Below, in pieces: positions 1-11,921 of a stretch of 37,289 bases of DNA. Position numbers and translations under genes: made by a program. Below the pieces are notes generated by a model, which searched no databases, had not been told where the DNA came from, and saw nothing but the letters and a program-made list of their open reading frames with translations. Positions within the stretch are counted from its first letter, which is position 1, and the number at the start of each line of letters is the position of its first letter. Source of the DNA: Macrostomum lignano (lineage: Eukaryota); assembly GCA_002269645.1 (NCBI GenBank), contig NIVC01004713.1, forward strand, positions 1 to 37,289. The letters are read 5' to 3'.

Positions 1-7
1 CTAGAGA

Positions 8-164
8 GGGTTGTAGTCCAGTAGTTAGAGTGTCGGACTCAGGACTGAAAGGTCGGGGGTTCGATTCTCAAGCCACTCGAACAATTTGTGTCCTTGAGCA
101 AGACACTGAATTCTGCATTGCTTCAGTTTACCCAGCTGTAAAATGGGTGCCAGCATTAGCTGGG
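8..164 (+). mobile_element. tRNA-derived SINE with CORE-like central domain, 5' part (copy 1, split by a nested transposon)
   Basis: A-box-like TAGTCCAGTAG and B-box GGTTCGATTC, followed by TGTGTCCTTGAGCAAGACACT...CCCAGCTGTAAAATGGG, which resembles the MIR/CORE domain. A close paralog lies at 14508-14711. Confidence 0.8.

Positions 165-200
<36 letters not shown>
165..200. repeat. (GT)n microsatellite, left half; continues at about 4475-4510
   Basis: Pure GT run on both sides of the 207-4469 insertion. Confidence 0.95.
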
Positions 201-206
201 TTTGCG

Positions 207-3200
207 CACGGGCATTTGTTGGGCCATACGCGTACAACGGGACCCGCACTGTTGGGCCAAAAAAATGTTGGGACTGTCCCATCAAGTCCGTCCAACACTT
301 CCAAAAAAGTTACAATAGCAGCTCAAAAAAATACTCTATGGATTCAGCTCGACAGCCTCTTTTTGATGGTGCAACTCATTTTTAATAATTTTACTTGCTG
401 TGTCAATAAATAAGCAAAAACTGGCGTCCCAATAAGGAAAAATGATACAAAATTCGACCAAATCACTATTGGGACACTGAAATGGCTAATTTGCTCCCGC
501 ATATTTTTATTGGTTTTTTCTATATTTTTACTTATAGTAGATTTCAAGCGCATTCATTTGCTGCAGTCTTTGTTTCAAGACGTAAATACATAGCATACAT
601 TAAAATACATACAAAGCAAAGCATAGCAAAACACTTTAAGGGTATTTTATTGTCAAAGGATGGTTCTGGATGGAGATAAACCTAAAGAAATGACAAGGGC
701 TTACATGTACTTCTGACTGTGATGGGCATCAGTCCTCTACACGAACTAAATTGTTAGGACAGTGTTGCAGTGTTGAATACAACAGCCCACTCTTGTTAGG
801 ACTCATGCTATTGACTGCTGCGCGCATTCGATATTCTATAAATTGTTGGGACTGTGTGCTAGAGTGTCGTTTACAAAAGCCCACTCATATTAGGACTTAC
901 CCCGTACATGTTAGGACTAAGCCCTACCCCCCTGTGTACATGGCTCCAATTTACCAGAGTCCCCTTGCTAGTTAAGTGTACATTTATTTTGGTCTATTAT
1001 TGACGCCACCCCGCAAACGTACGGTAAACAAAATTGGCATGTACTCGCCATGCTGAAATCAATGGTCAACTCTGCCTCTGCCATGGCACCCGAGTCACCA
1101 TGGTATGGAAAGAACAGCATGGAATGGCACAGCGATAAACATGTAAGTGGTATTAAAAAACTTTGTCGGAAACAAGAAGCATTTATATTTAAATGCTATA
1201 AAAAATACTGCTCCTGCTAAGCAGTACCTACCTTTACTTCAGTTATATCACCTTTGATCAACTGCCATGTGGCGCAATTGCCAAAGGATCCGTCGACTTT
1301 AACCGGTAAGCTGTAAAAGCTTTGAGTAAAACTTGGCATTTCGTCTGAATCCATTGACATTCAATAGCCTACGTGTCCAACCACAAAAATTATAAGTTTT
1401 GTACTTTTAACTCTCAGATTGGGTCTTAGCAGATTCTATAGCTATGCATGCAAGGGCCCCTCAGAGGAGATGCTTAAACACTGCAGTGCATTTTTCCTAG
1501 CAATTATTGGGACACGAAGTGTTGGGCCACTGTGTGTGTGTGTCTAGTTTTTTCCGCATTTGTTAAGTCACCTAAAGAACTCAATTAATAAAGGGCTCCA
1601 GAACAAATTGATGGGCAAACGGATGACACACTGCACAGAGACTTGTTGGGACATATTAAAAACAGCTTATTTTAGAATGGGTACACTTTACTAAAGTAGA
1701 ATGCTCCTAAGAAAGCTGCAAGCAAACTAGCATCTTCTGGAGCTGACATGCAGAGAAGAATGATTTTGTCGTCCTTGAAATCACTAAACAGATATGCGAA
1801 ATCGATCTTTTGCTAATCCCACCACAGGTTCCAGTGAAAAGAAGAAACGAAACCCATTGACTAAATTGGCAGTCGACTCAATCGATGCCGACTGCAACGG
1901 ACCTGTCAGCTTCGAACTCAGGAGAGCAGCTAATAGTCTACGAGAGTAATGCTAGATGCCAGAATGCTTCACAGCATCAAAGTCTTAAGCAGAAGCTTCA
2001 ATGAAAGGTTAGTTCATGCTGTGGCTGCATTCGTTTTCGTGTCTAGAAGCGTTATAACTTTTTGTACTTTTAACTCTCAGATCGGGTCTTAGCAGATTCT
2101 ATAGCTATGCATGCAAGGGCCCCTCAGAGGAGATGCTTAAACACTGCAGTGCATTTTTCCTAGCAATTATTGGGACACGAAGTGTTGGACCACTGTGTGT
2201 GTGTCTAGTTTTTTCCGCATTTGTTAAGTCACCTAAAGAACTCAATTAATAAAGGGCTCCAGAACAAATTGATGGGCAAACGGATGACACACTGCACAGA
2301 GACTTGTTGGGACATATTAAAAACAGCTTATTTTAGAATGGGTACACTTTACTAAAGTAGAATGCTCCTAAAGAAAGCTGCAAGCAAACTAGCATCTTCT
2401 GGAGCTGACATGCAGAGAAGAATGATTTTGTCGTCCTTGAAATCACTAAACAGATATGCGAAATCAATCTTTTGCTAATCCCACCACAGGTTCCAGTGAA
2501 AAGAAGAAACGAAACCCATTGACTAAATTGGCAGTCGACTCAATCGATGCCGACTGCAACGGACCTGTCAGCTTCGAACTCAGGAGAGCAGCTAATAGTC
2601 TACGAGAGTAATGCTAGATGCCAGAATGCTTCACAGCATCAAAGTCTTAAGCAGAAGCTTCAATAAAGGTTAGTTCATGCTGTGGCTGCATTCGTTTTCG
2701 TGTCTAGAAGCGTTATAACTTTTTGTACTTTTAACTCTCAGATCGGGTCTTAGCAGATTCTATAGCTATGCATGCAAGGGCCCCTCAGAGGAGATGCTTA
2801 AACACTGCAGTGCATTTTTCCTAGCAATTATTGGGACACGAAGTGTTGGGCCACTGTGTGTGTGTGTCTAGTTTTTTCCGCATTTGTTAAGTCACCTAAA
2901 GAACTCAATTAATAAAGGGCTCCAGAACAAATTGATGGGCAAACGGATGACACACTGCACAGAGACTTGTTGGGACATATTAAAAACAGCTTATTTTAGA
3001 ATGGGTACACTTTACTAAAGTAGAATGCTCCTAAAGAAAGCTGCAAGCAAACTAGCATCTTCTGGAGCTGACATGCAGAGAAGAATGATTTTGTCGTCCT
3101 TGAAATCACTAAACAGATATGCGAAATCAATCTTTTGCTAATCCCACCACAGGTTCCAGTGAAAAGAAGAAACGAAACCCATTGACTAAATTGGCAGTCG

Positions 3201-4469
3201 ACTCAATCGATGCCGACTGCAACGGACCTGTCAGCTTCGAACTCAGGAGAGCAGCTAATAGTCTACGAGAGTAATGCTAGATGCCAGAATGCTTCACAGC
3301 ATCAAAGTCTTAAGCAGAAGCTTCAATAAAGGTTAGTTCATGCTGTGGCTGCATTCGTTTTCGTGTCTAGAAGCGTTATAACTTTTTGTACTTTTAACTC
3401 TCAGATCGGGTCTTAGCAGATTCTATAGCTATGCATGCAAGGGCCCCTCAGAGGAGATGCTTAAACACTGCAGTGCATTTTTCCTAGCAATTATTGGGAC
3501 ACGAAGTGTTGGGCCACTGTGTGTGTGTGTCTAGTTTTTTCCGCATTTGTTAAGTCACCTAAAGAACTCAATTAATAAAGGGCTCCAGAACAAATTGATG
3601 GGCAAACGGATGACACACTGCACAGAGACTTGTTGGGACATATTAAAAACAGCTTATTTTAGAATGGGTACACTTTACTAAAGTAGAATGCTCCTAAAGA
3701 AAGCTGCAAGCAAACTAGCATCTTCTGGAGCTGACATGCAGAGAAGAATGATTTTGTCGTCCTTGAAATCACTAAACAGATATGCGAAATCAATCTTTTG
3801 CTAATCCCACCACAGGTTCCAGTGAAAAGAAGAAACGAAACCCATTGACTAAATTGGCAGTCGACTCAATCGATGCCGACTGCAACGGACCTGTCAGCTT
3901 CGAACTCAGGAGAGCAGCTAATAGTCTACGACCGTAATGCTGGATGCCAGAGTGCTCTAAATAACGAGACTCCTGTTGTCTCACTCGACCGGAATTTGTT
4001 GTTTAATCTGCTTAACTAATCTCTGCGTTTCAGTTTTTCAGTTTCACTGTCAATTTTAGGTTTTTTTCTAAGCGCAAGTGTAATTGAATTTTTTATTCAT
4101 ATTAGTCAGGCATATTGCGTACAGCATTATAGCGTATTAGTAAAGGTAAAGGTAAATAGACTGCTTGTAACTAGTTTTCCTTTATGTGGATTGGCTTTAA
4201 CGAAGCCTTTTGTATTTCAAGTAATGCTGAATTCGCTGGACTGAGGACAATATAGTTACACGATGATATGCTATTCCTTCACTTTCAATAGATCATACTA
4301 TTAGTATGGGACGTGCTTTTTTATTTCAATGTATGCTTTTTTTCATCATTTAAATGCTAAAAATACTTAATAGGTCATTGCACTGTGTGTATGTGTGTGT
4401 TTTCGTGTGTCAAAAAAAATTGCAAAATAAGTGCCCACCATTGTATACCGTACCAACAAGTGCCCGGTG
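207..4469. mobile_element. Non-autonomous DNA transposon, CMC/EnSpm-like (CAC...GTG termini, putative 2-bp CG TSD)
   Basis: Left end CACGGGCATTTGTTGG...TACGCGTACAACGG matches the reverse complement of the right end, CACCGGGCACTTGTTGGTACGGTATACAATGG (imperfect TIR of about 40 bp). CG lies at 205-206 and 4470-4471. A T(G/A)TTGGG motif recurs subterminally. No transposase ORF. Superfamily assignment is inference. Confidence 0.65.
1392..3955. repeat. Tandem array of about 3.9 near-identical 661-663 bp units inside the transposon
   Basis: GTACTTTTAACTCTCAG recurs at 1401, 2064, 2725 and 3388. Units differ mainly in an internal (TG)n run and a few substitutions. Confidence 0.97.
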
Positions 4470-4509
4470 CGTGATTGTGTGTGTGTGTGTGTGTGTGTGT
4501 GACTGTGTG

Positions 4510-4593
4510 TGGCGACCCCAGTCCTTGGACTGAACAGCCGTACGCAGCCTTCAGATGCGCCGCGCAATAGCTGCGGCTGAGCTGTGGGTTGCA
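4510..4593 (+). mobile_element. 3' part of the split CORE-like SINE
   Basis: GGCGACCCCAG...GCGGCTGAGCTGTGGGTTGCA matches the 3' part of the copy at 14508-14711 (GGCGAACCCCCAGCGGCTGAGCTGTGGGTTGCA). Confidence 0.7.
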
Positions 4594-4807
4594 TCCTTAG
4601 AAATCAAGGCATCCAAGTTTCTTTTAGTCTTTTAAGCCTCAGTTATTGAGTAGCCAATATTACTAGATATAGAAATTTGGTATACTCGTAAAATGTTTTT
4701 TTCTTTGAAATTCTGTCTGTGTGTCTGTCTGTCTGCCTGTGCCTGTCCGTCTGTTTTCGAGTCCATGATCAGCTGACCGCCAGCCTAAATTCCAAAACAC
4801 ATTCCAG

Positions 4808-7800
4808 ATACGAGCAGGCCCGTCTAGCCGTTGAGAATCGCTCCGAACGGATGCAGCAGCTTCAGCAGCAGCTCGACAGCGGCCTGGAGCTTCTCTGCGT
4901 CACCGGCGTTGAAGACCGTCTGCAATCCGGCGTGCGGCCCACCTTGGAGACTCTACGGAATGCCGGCGTGCGCGTCTGGATGCTCACCGGCGACAAGATG
5001 GAGACGGCCTGCTGCATCGCCAAGTCCTCCCGGCTGGTTGACCGGTCCGGCGGCCTCTTCGCTTTCCAGCCGGCTTCCCTGCGCAGCGCCGACTTGGACA
5101 AGGAGCTGCGCAACATGGCCAGGAGGGTTGAGGCCGGCCACAGCGTGGTCATTAGCGGCGAGTGCCTGCAGGTAAGTCCAAGAGCTAATGATCTTGATTG
5201 GCTAGTGATCCATTTAGTAGCTGATAATTCTGATCTCAAAGATAATAATGCCGATCTCCTAACTGGTAATCTCGATCCCGAAGCTGATTATCCCCATCCC
5301 CTAGCTGATAATCTGCATCCCCTAGCTGATAATCCGCATCCCCTAGCTGATAATCCGCATCCCCTAGCTGATAATCCTCATCCCCTTGCTGATAATTCCC
5401 ATCCCCTTGCTGATAATCCCCATCCCCTAGCTGATAATCCCCATCCCCTAGCTGATAATCCTCATCCCCTTGCTGATAATTCCCATCCCCTTGCTGATAA
5501 TCCCCATCCCCTAGCTGATAATCCCCATCCCCTTGCTGATAATCCCCATCCCCTTGCTGATAATCCCCATCACCTTGCTGATAATCCCCATCCCCTTGCT
5601 GATAATCCCCATCCACTTGCTGATAATCCCCATCCCCTTGCTGATAATCCCCATCCCCTTGCTGATAATCCTCATCTACTTGCTGATAATCGATAATCCC
5701 CATCCCCTAGCTGATAATCCCCATCCCCTTGCTGATAATCCCCATCTACTTGCTGATAATCGATAATCCCCATCCCCTAGCTGATAATCTCCATCCCTAG
5801 CTGATAATCCCCATTTACTTGCTGATAATCGATAATCCCCATCCCCTAGCTGATAATCTCCATCCCTAGCTGATAATCCCCATTTACTTGCTGATAATCG
5901 ATAATCCCCATCCCCTAGCTGATAATCCCCATCCCCTAGCTGATAATCCCCATCCCCTTGCTGATAATCCCCATCTACTTGCTGATAATCGATAATCCCC
6001 ATCCCCTAGCTGATAATCTCCATCCCTAGCTGATAATCCCAAGCCCCTAACTGATAATCAGATCCCCTAACTTATCGCCCCTATTGTCTTGATTATAACT
6101 GATTCCTTATTCCTTAGCCTATATTCACAATTCTTTCACTACAATTCCAGTTTTTATATGTACATAATGATTTTTATAATTTGCGGACAAATTCAGTACA
6201 CTACAATGTCACTACTTCATCATTAATACTCAGTAGCCAGTTTAGAATGGAACAACTAACAGTACGGATATTATTTGCCTCAGGCCGCAGTGGAACAGGA
6301 TGAGCGCCGTTTTGTTCAGCTGGCCTGCCAAGCCCCGGCCGTTGTTGTCTGCCGTTGTTCACCAACACAGAAAGCTGAAGTGGTTCGCCTATTGAAGGAT
6401 CACACCGGTAAACGGTGCGCCGCGGTTGGCGACGGTGGCAACGATGTCGCCATGATTCAGGAGGCCGACTGCGGTATGGGCATCGCCGGCAAGGAGGGCC
6501 TGCAGGCTTCTCTGGCTGCCGATTTCAGCATCGCCAGATTTCAGCACGTGACGCGGTTGATGCTGGTTAGTCAGGATACTGTGGGTCGAGTGTATAGATG
6601 TCAGGCTATTGGGTGTATAGATGCCCGGCTATTGTGTGTATAGATGTCAAGCGATTAGGTGTATAGATATCCGGCTATTAGGTGTATAGATGTCAGACTA
6701 TTGAGTGTATAGATGTCCGGCTATTGGTGTATGGATGTCCGGCTATCGGGTGTATAGCTGTCTAATGGGCGTATAGATGTCAGGCTATTGGGTGTATAGA
6801 TGTCCGGCTATTGGGTGTATAGATGTCCGACTTTTGTGTGTATAGATGCCCGGCTATTGTGTGTATGGATGTCAAGCGATTGGGTGTATACCCGGTAGAT
6901 GTCCGGCTATTGGGTGTATAGATGTGTCAGGCTATTGGGTGTATAGATGTCTATTGAGCGTATAGATGTCAGGCTATTGGGTGTATAGATGTCGGGTGTA
7001 GACATCCAATCCAAATAGAGGTGATTGCGCATCCCTCAATCGCGCAGGTTCACGGTCGCCGCTGCTACAAGAACACATCGGTGCTGGCCCAGTTCATCGT
7101 GCACCGCGGCCTGATCATCTCTACAATGCAGGCAGCCTTCTCGGCCGTGTTTTTCTACGTAGCCATCAGCCTGTTTCCCGGCATTCTCATGATCGGCTAC
7201 GCCACCATATTCACCATGTTTCCCGTGTTCTCTCTGGTGCTGGACAAAGACGTGGCCAGCGCCACAGCGGAGAAATTTCCCGAGTTATACAGAGACCTGT
7301 TGAAAGGCCGGGAATTGTCAGCTAAACTGCTGTGCATCTGGGTGGCCATCTCTATCTATCAGGGCGGCGTTATCATGTACGGATCTATCTGGCTGTTTCA
7401 AGGCTCATTTCTGCACATTGTCAGCATTGGCTTCACGGCTCTGGTGTTCACCGAGCTGATTATGGTGGCTCTGACTGTGCGCACCTGGTGTTGGCAGATT
7501 ATTGTTGCCGAGTTGGTTAGCTTGTGCTCATACTTGGCTGCCGTGTTTATTCTCACACAGTACTTTGGTGAGTCCTGTTTGCTTCATCAGGGTATGGAAG
7601 CTGATCTAGAAAAGTACGGAATCTAGAGGTGTATGGAAGCTAATCTAAAAAGATATGGAAGCTGATCTAGAGGGGTATGGAAGCTGATCTAGAGCGGTAT
7701 GGAAGCTGATCTAGAGCGGTATGGAAGCTGATCTAGAGCGGTATGGAAGCTGATCTATAGCGGTATGGAAGCTGATCTAGAGCGGTATGGAAGCTGATCT

Positions 7801-8097
7801 AGAGCGGTATGGAAGCTGATCTAGAGCGGTATGGAAGCTGATCTAGAGCGGTATGGAAGCTGATCTAGAATAGTTTGAAATCTTGAGTAATATTTTTACC
7901 AGAAAAATTTCGAAGCCTGTATAAAATGCGGCCACTCATGGATTATAAAAATGTTTTTAGATCGAGCCTTCATCCTGACGCTGAACTTCCTATGGAAAGT
8001 GTCGGCCATCACAGCAGTCAGCTCCATTCCCATTGTGGCGCTGAAACTCATTCGCTATTTGATGAGTCCGCCAATTGCCAGGAAACTGCAGGCGTAA
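4808..8097 (+). CDS. ATP9: Class-2 P4-ATPase phospholipid flippase (ATP9A/B, Neo1/TAT-5 family), C-terminal ~433 aa; upstream exons lie outside the window
   Basis: Exons 4808-5171, 6284-6565, 7048-7567 and 7961-8097, all GT-AG and phase-consistent. Motifs [48 protein letters not shown] and C-terminal FLWKVSAIT match human ATP9A/B as I recall them. Confidence 0.96.
5275..6060. repeat. 21-bp minisatellite (GCTGATAATCCCCATCCCCTT) in the ATP9 intron 5172-6283
   Basis: Direct reading. Later units include shorter and longer variants. Confidence 0.95.
6590..7000. repeat. ~23-bp minisatellite (TATAGATGTCCGGCTATTGGGTG) in the ATP9 intron 6566-7047
   Basis: TATAGATG recurs at 6593, 6616 and onward; units are moderately degenerate. 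Confidence 0.93.
7590..7870. repeat. 22-bp minisatellite (GGTATGGAAGCTGATCTAGAGC) in the ATP9 intron 7568-7960
   Basis: AAGCTG recurs at 7681, 7703 and onward. Confidence 0.95.
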
Positions 8098-8254
8098 TTA
8101 TTTTGTTAACTATTTTAACTTTTGCTTTTAGAACTTTATTGTGTGGTTGCTATTTATAGTATCACTATATGTTCGACAGGTTAAAACTAACACATCTAAT
8201 TCTATTTACATAGTAAGTCATTAAACTTCTCTGCACCCGAATAGAGCTGATTAT

Positions 8255-8632
8255 GCTGAGCTGCGGTAGAAAACACAGGGAGGGGGGTTGCGGCCCCCCA
8301 CTATGCCAGCTGAGCTGCGGTAGGAAACACAGGGAGGGGGGTTGCGGCCCCCCACTATGCCAGCTGAGCTGCGGTAGAAAACACAGGGAGGGGGGTTGCG
8401 GCCCCCCACTATGCCAGCTGAGCTGCGGTAGAAAACACAGGGAGGGGGGTTGCGGCCCCCCACTGTGCCAGCTGAGCTGCGGTAGAAAACACAGGGAGGG
8501 GGGTTGCGGCCCCCACTGTGCCAGCTGAGCTGCGGTAGAAAACACTGGGAGGGGGGTTGCGGCCCCCCCACTGTGCCAGCTGAGCTGCGGTAGAAAACAC
8601 AGGGAGGGGGTTGCGGCCCCCCACTGTGCCAG
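8255..8632. repeat. 54-bp minisatellite, about 7 copies, downstream of the ATP9 stop
   Basis: Unit GCTGAGCTGCGGTAGAAAACACAGGGAGGGGGGTTGCGGCCCCCCACTATGCCA at 8255, 8309 and onward. Confidence 0.95.
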
Positions 8633-9469
8633 CAATGCACACAAGGAAAAATTCTGTTCGGGTGCAGCAGCAGAGAAGAGTAGACTTCTACTATCAGCAT
8701 ATTTATCTAACATATTGTTTTGTAGTGATTCTAACTTAAATCCACTCTAATCATAACCTTTATTTATAAGCCAAATTAACACGCCTAACATTGCAGCTCG
8801 GTTGGAACAACAGCCGTCTCGTCAATATTTACAGTGTGATATGAATAACTAACCTGTCCGCACCTGGGAACAGCCTTGAATATCGGATCTATCCTTTTAT
8901 AACAACGCTTAATCCCAGTAACCTAACAGAGCTTTTCTAACTGGGGATTTGACTCAAAATTGTTGCGTCTTTCGTCAGTTTAAACGGAAGCTGTTTTGCC
9001 TGCGGTCACCCATTTTGTTTTCATGTTTTTGTTTTAACCTGGTTTTTTGCGTTTCAACGAAAACTGACCAATTAAATTTTCAAGAATAGAAACTTATCAA
9101 AATCATTCCATTAAAATTGATGTCTATTTTCATTTTTTTATTTACACTATGGACAAAAACTAAGTTTGGAGTTCCATCTCGTTTTATTTTTCATGCATAT
9201 TTGTTTGCCTCTTTACCCCGTCTCTCTTACCTACTGGCTATTAACTGTCTATTGTTATTCAGCTGTGTCTGTATATTCAATTAGTATTGCTTGTTACCTT
9301 TGACGTGTTAAACAGTTGGAAATATATACTACATCAGTTTTTTGAGGTAGACTTTTTGTTGAGCAGATGGTCTGTTTGTTGTGCTTTGCTTAGTTGGTAG
9401 CACTTGTAAATCTGCTAAACTGCCATTTCATTCCTCATCAATCTTCGTGGGAAAGTCGCTCTCGACATC

Positions 9470-11820
9470 CTGAGAATCGCTTCATCGTCCTGAGATTCGC
9501 TCCATCACCACCCTGATATTCGCCCCATCTGCGTCCCGAGATTCGCCCTATCAGAATCGTGAGATCCGCCCTATCACCACCCTGAGATTCGCCCTATCAC
9601 AATCGTGAGATTCACCCCACCACCACCCTGAGATTCGCTCCATCACCGCCCTGAGATTCGCCCCATCATCATCGTGAGATTCGCTCCATTATCACCCTGA
9701 GATTCGCCCCATCATCATCGTGAGATTCACTCCATCACCACCCTGAGATTTGCTCAATCACCGCCCTGAGATTCACTCCATTATCACCCTGAGATTCGCC
9801 CCATCATCATCGTGAGATTCACTCCATCACCACCCTGAGATTCGCTCCATCACCGCCCTGAGATTCGCTCCATCACCACCCTGAGATTCGCTCTATCACC
9901 GCCCTGAGATTCGCCCCATCATCATCGTGAGATTCGCTCCATTATCACCCTGAGATTCGCCCCATCATCATCGTGAGATTCACTCCATTATCACCCTGAG
10001 CTTCGCCCCATCATAATCGTGAGATTCGCTCCATTATCACCCTGAGCTTCGCCCCATCATCATCGTGAGATTCGCTCCATTATCACACTGAGCTTCGCCC
10101 CATCATCATCGTAAGATTCGCTCCATTATCACCCTGAGCTTCGCCCCATCATCATCGTGAGATTCGCTCCATTATCACCCTGAGCTTCGCCCCATCATCA
10201 TCGTGAGATTCGCTCCATTATCACCCTGAGATTCGCCCCATCATCATCGTGAGATTCGCTCCATTATCACCCTGAGCTTCGCCCTATCATCATCGTGAGA
10301 TTCGCTCCATTATCACCCTGAGATTCGCCCCATCATCATCGTGAGATTCGCTCCATTATCACCCTGACCTTCGCCCCATCATCATCGTAAGATTCGCTCC
10401 ATTATCACCCTGAGATTCGCCCCATCATCATCGTGAGATTCGCTCCATTATCACCCTGAGATTCACTCCATCACCACCCTGAGATTTGCTCCATCACCGC
10501 CATGAGATTCGCTCCATTATCACCCTGAGATTCGCCCCATCATCATCGTGAGATTCACTCCATCACCACCCTGAGATTTGCTCCATCACCGTCCTGAGAT
10601 TCGCTCCATCACCACCCTGAGATTCGCTCCATCACCGCCCTGAGATTCGCCCCATCATCATCGTGATATTCGCTCCATTATCACCCTGAGATTCGCCCCA
10701 TCATCATCGTGAGATTCGCTCCATTATCACCCTGAGCTTCGCCCCATCATCATCGTGAGATTCGCTCCATTATCACCCTGAGATTCGCCCCATCATCATC
10801 GTGAGATTCGCTCTATTATCACCCTGAGCTTCGCCCCATCATCATCGTGAGATTCGCTCCATTATCACCCTGAGCTTCGCCCCATCATCATCGTGAAATT
10901 CGCTCCATTAGCACCCTGAGCTTCGCCCCATCATCATCGTGAGATTCGCTCCATTATCACCCTGAGCTTCGCCCCATCATCATCGTGAGATTCGCTCCAT
11001 TATCACCCTGAGCTTCGCCCCATCATCATCGTGAGATTCGCTCCATTATCACCCTGAGCTTCGCCCCATCATCATCGTGAGATTCGCTCCATTATCACCC
11101 TGAGATTCACTCCATCACCACCCTGAGATTTGCTCCATCACCGCCATGAGATTCGCTCCATTATCATCGTGAGATTCGCTCCATTATCACCCTGAGCTTC
11201 GCCCCATCATCATCGTGAGATTCGCTCCATTATCACCCTGAGCTTCGCCCCATCATCATCGTGAGATTCGCTCCATTATCACCCTGAGCTTCGCCCCATC
11301 ATCATCGTGAGATTCGCTTCATTATCACCCTGAGATTCGCCCCATCATCATCGTGAGATTCGCTCCATTATCACCCTGAGCTTCGCCCCATCATCATCGT
11401 GAGATTCGCTCCATTATCACCCTGAGCTTCGCCCCATCATCATCGTGAGATTCGCTCCATTATCACCCTGAGATTCACTCCATCACCACCCTGAGATTTG
11501 CTCCATCACCGCCATGAGATTCGCTCCATTATCATCGTGAGATTCGCTCCATTATCACCCTGAGCTTCGCCCCATCATCATCGTGAGATTCGCTCCATTA
11601 TCACCCTGAGCTTCGCCCCATCATCATCGTGAGATTCGCTCCATTATCACCCTGAGCTTCGCCCCATCATCATCGTGAGATTCGCTTCATTATCACCCTG
11701 AGATTCGCCCCATCATCATCGTGAGATTCGCTCCATTATCACCCTGAGCTTCGCCCCATCATCATCGTGAGATTCGCTCCATTATCACCCTGAGATTCGC
11801 CCCATCACCACCCTGAGAAT
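9470..11820. repeat. 23-bp monomer / 46-bp dimer minisatellite (2.35 kb) just upstream of the RPL10 coding region
   Basis: Alternating GTGAGATTCGCTCCATTATCACC and CTGAG(A/C)TTCGCCCCATCATCATC, e.g. at 10203, 10226, 10249. Confidence 0.97.
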
Positions 11821-11921
11821 CGCACAAGGCACTTTATCTCTATAAATCTGGCTCAAAAACTGTCTGATGGCTAACCCAGTTGATTCTCCTTATCGCTCAA
11901 CTTGCAGCTCCATCGCTCAGA

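Noticed and set aside
8-80. Possible tRNA genes here, at 14508-14575 and at 26741-26814
   Set aside because: A and B boxes are present, but I could not build a convincing acceptor stem or cloverleaf, and each continues into a SINE body.
1000-1970. Exon-like segments with splice signals inside the transposon (donor 1143, mini-exon 1243-1303, acceptor 1829 giving GSSEKKKRNPLTKL...)
   Set aside because: The phases do not join into an open frame and I recognise no transposase motif. They may be gene relics but cannot be supported.
11845-11860. TATAAA as the RPL10 promoter
   Set aside because: An isolated hexamer. The nearby acceptor suggests the region is intronic or an outron, so a promoter call is not supportable without 5' end data.
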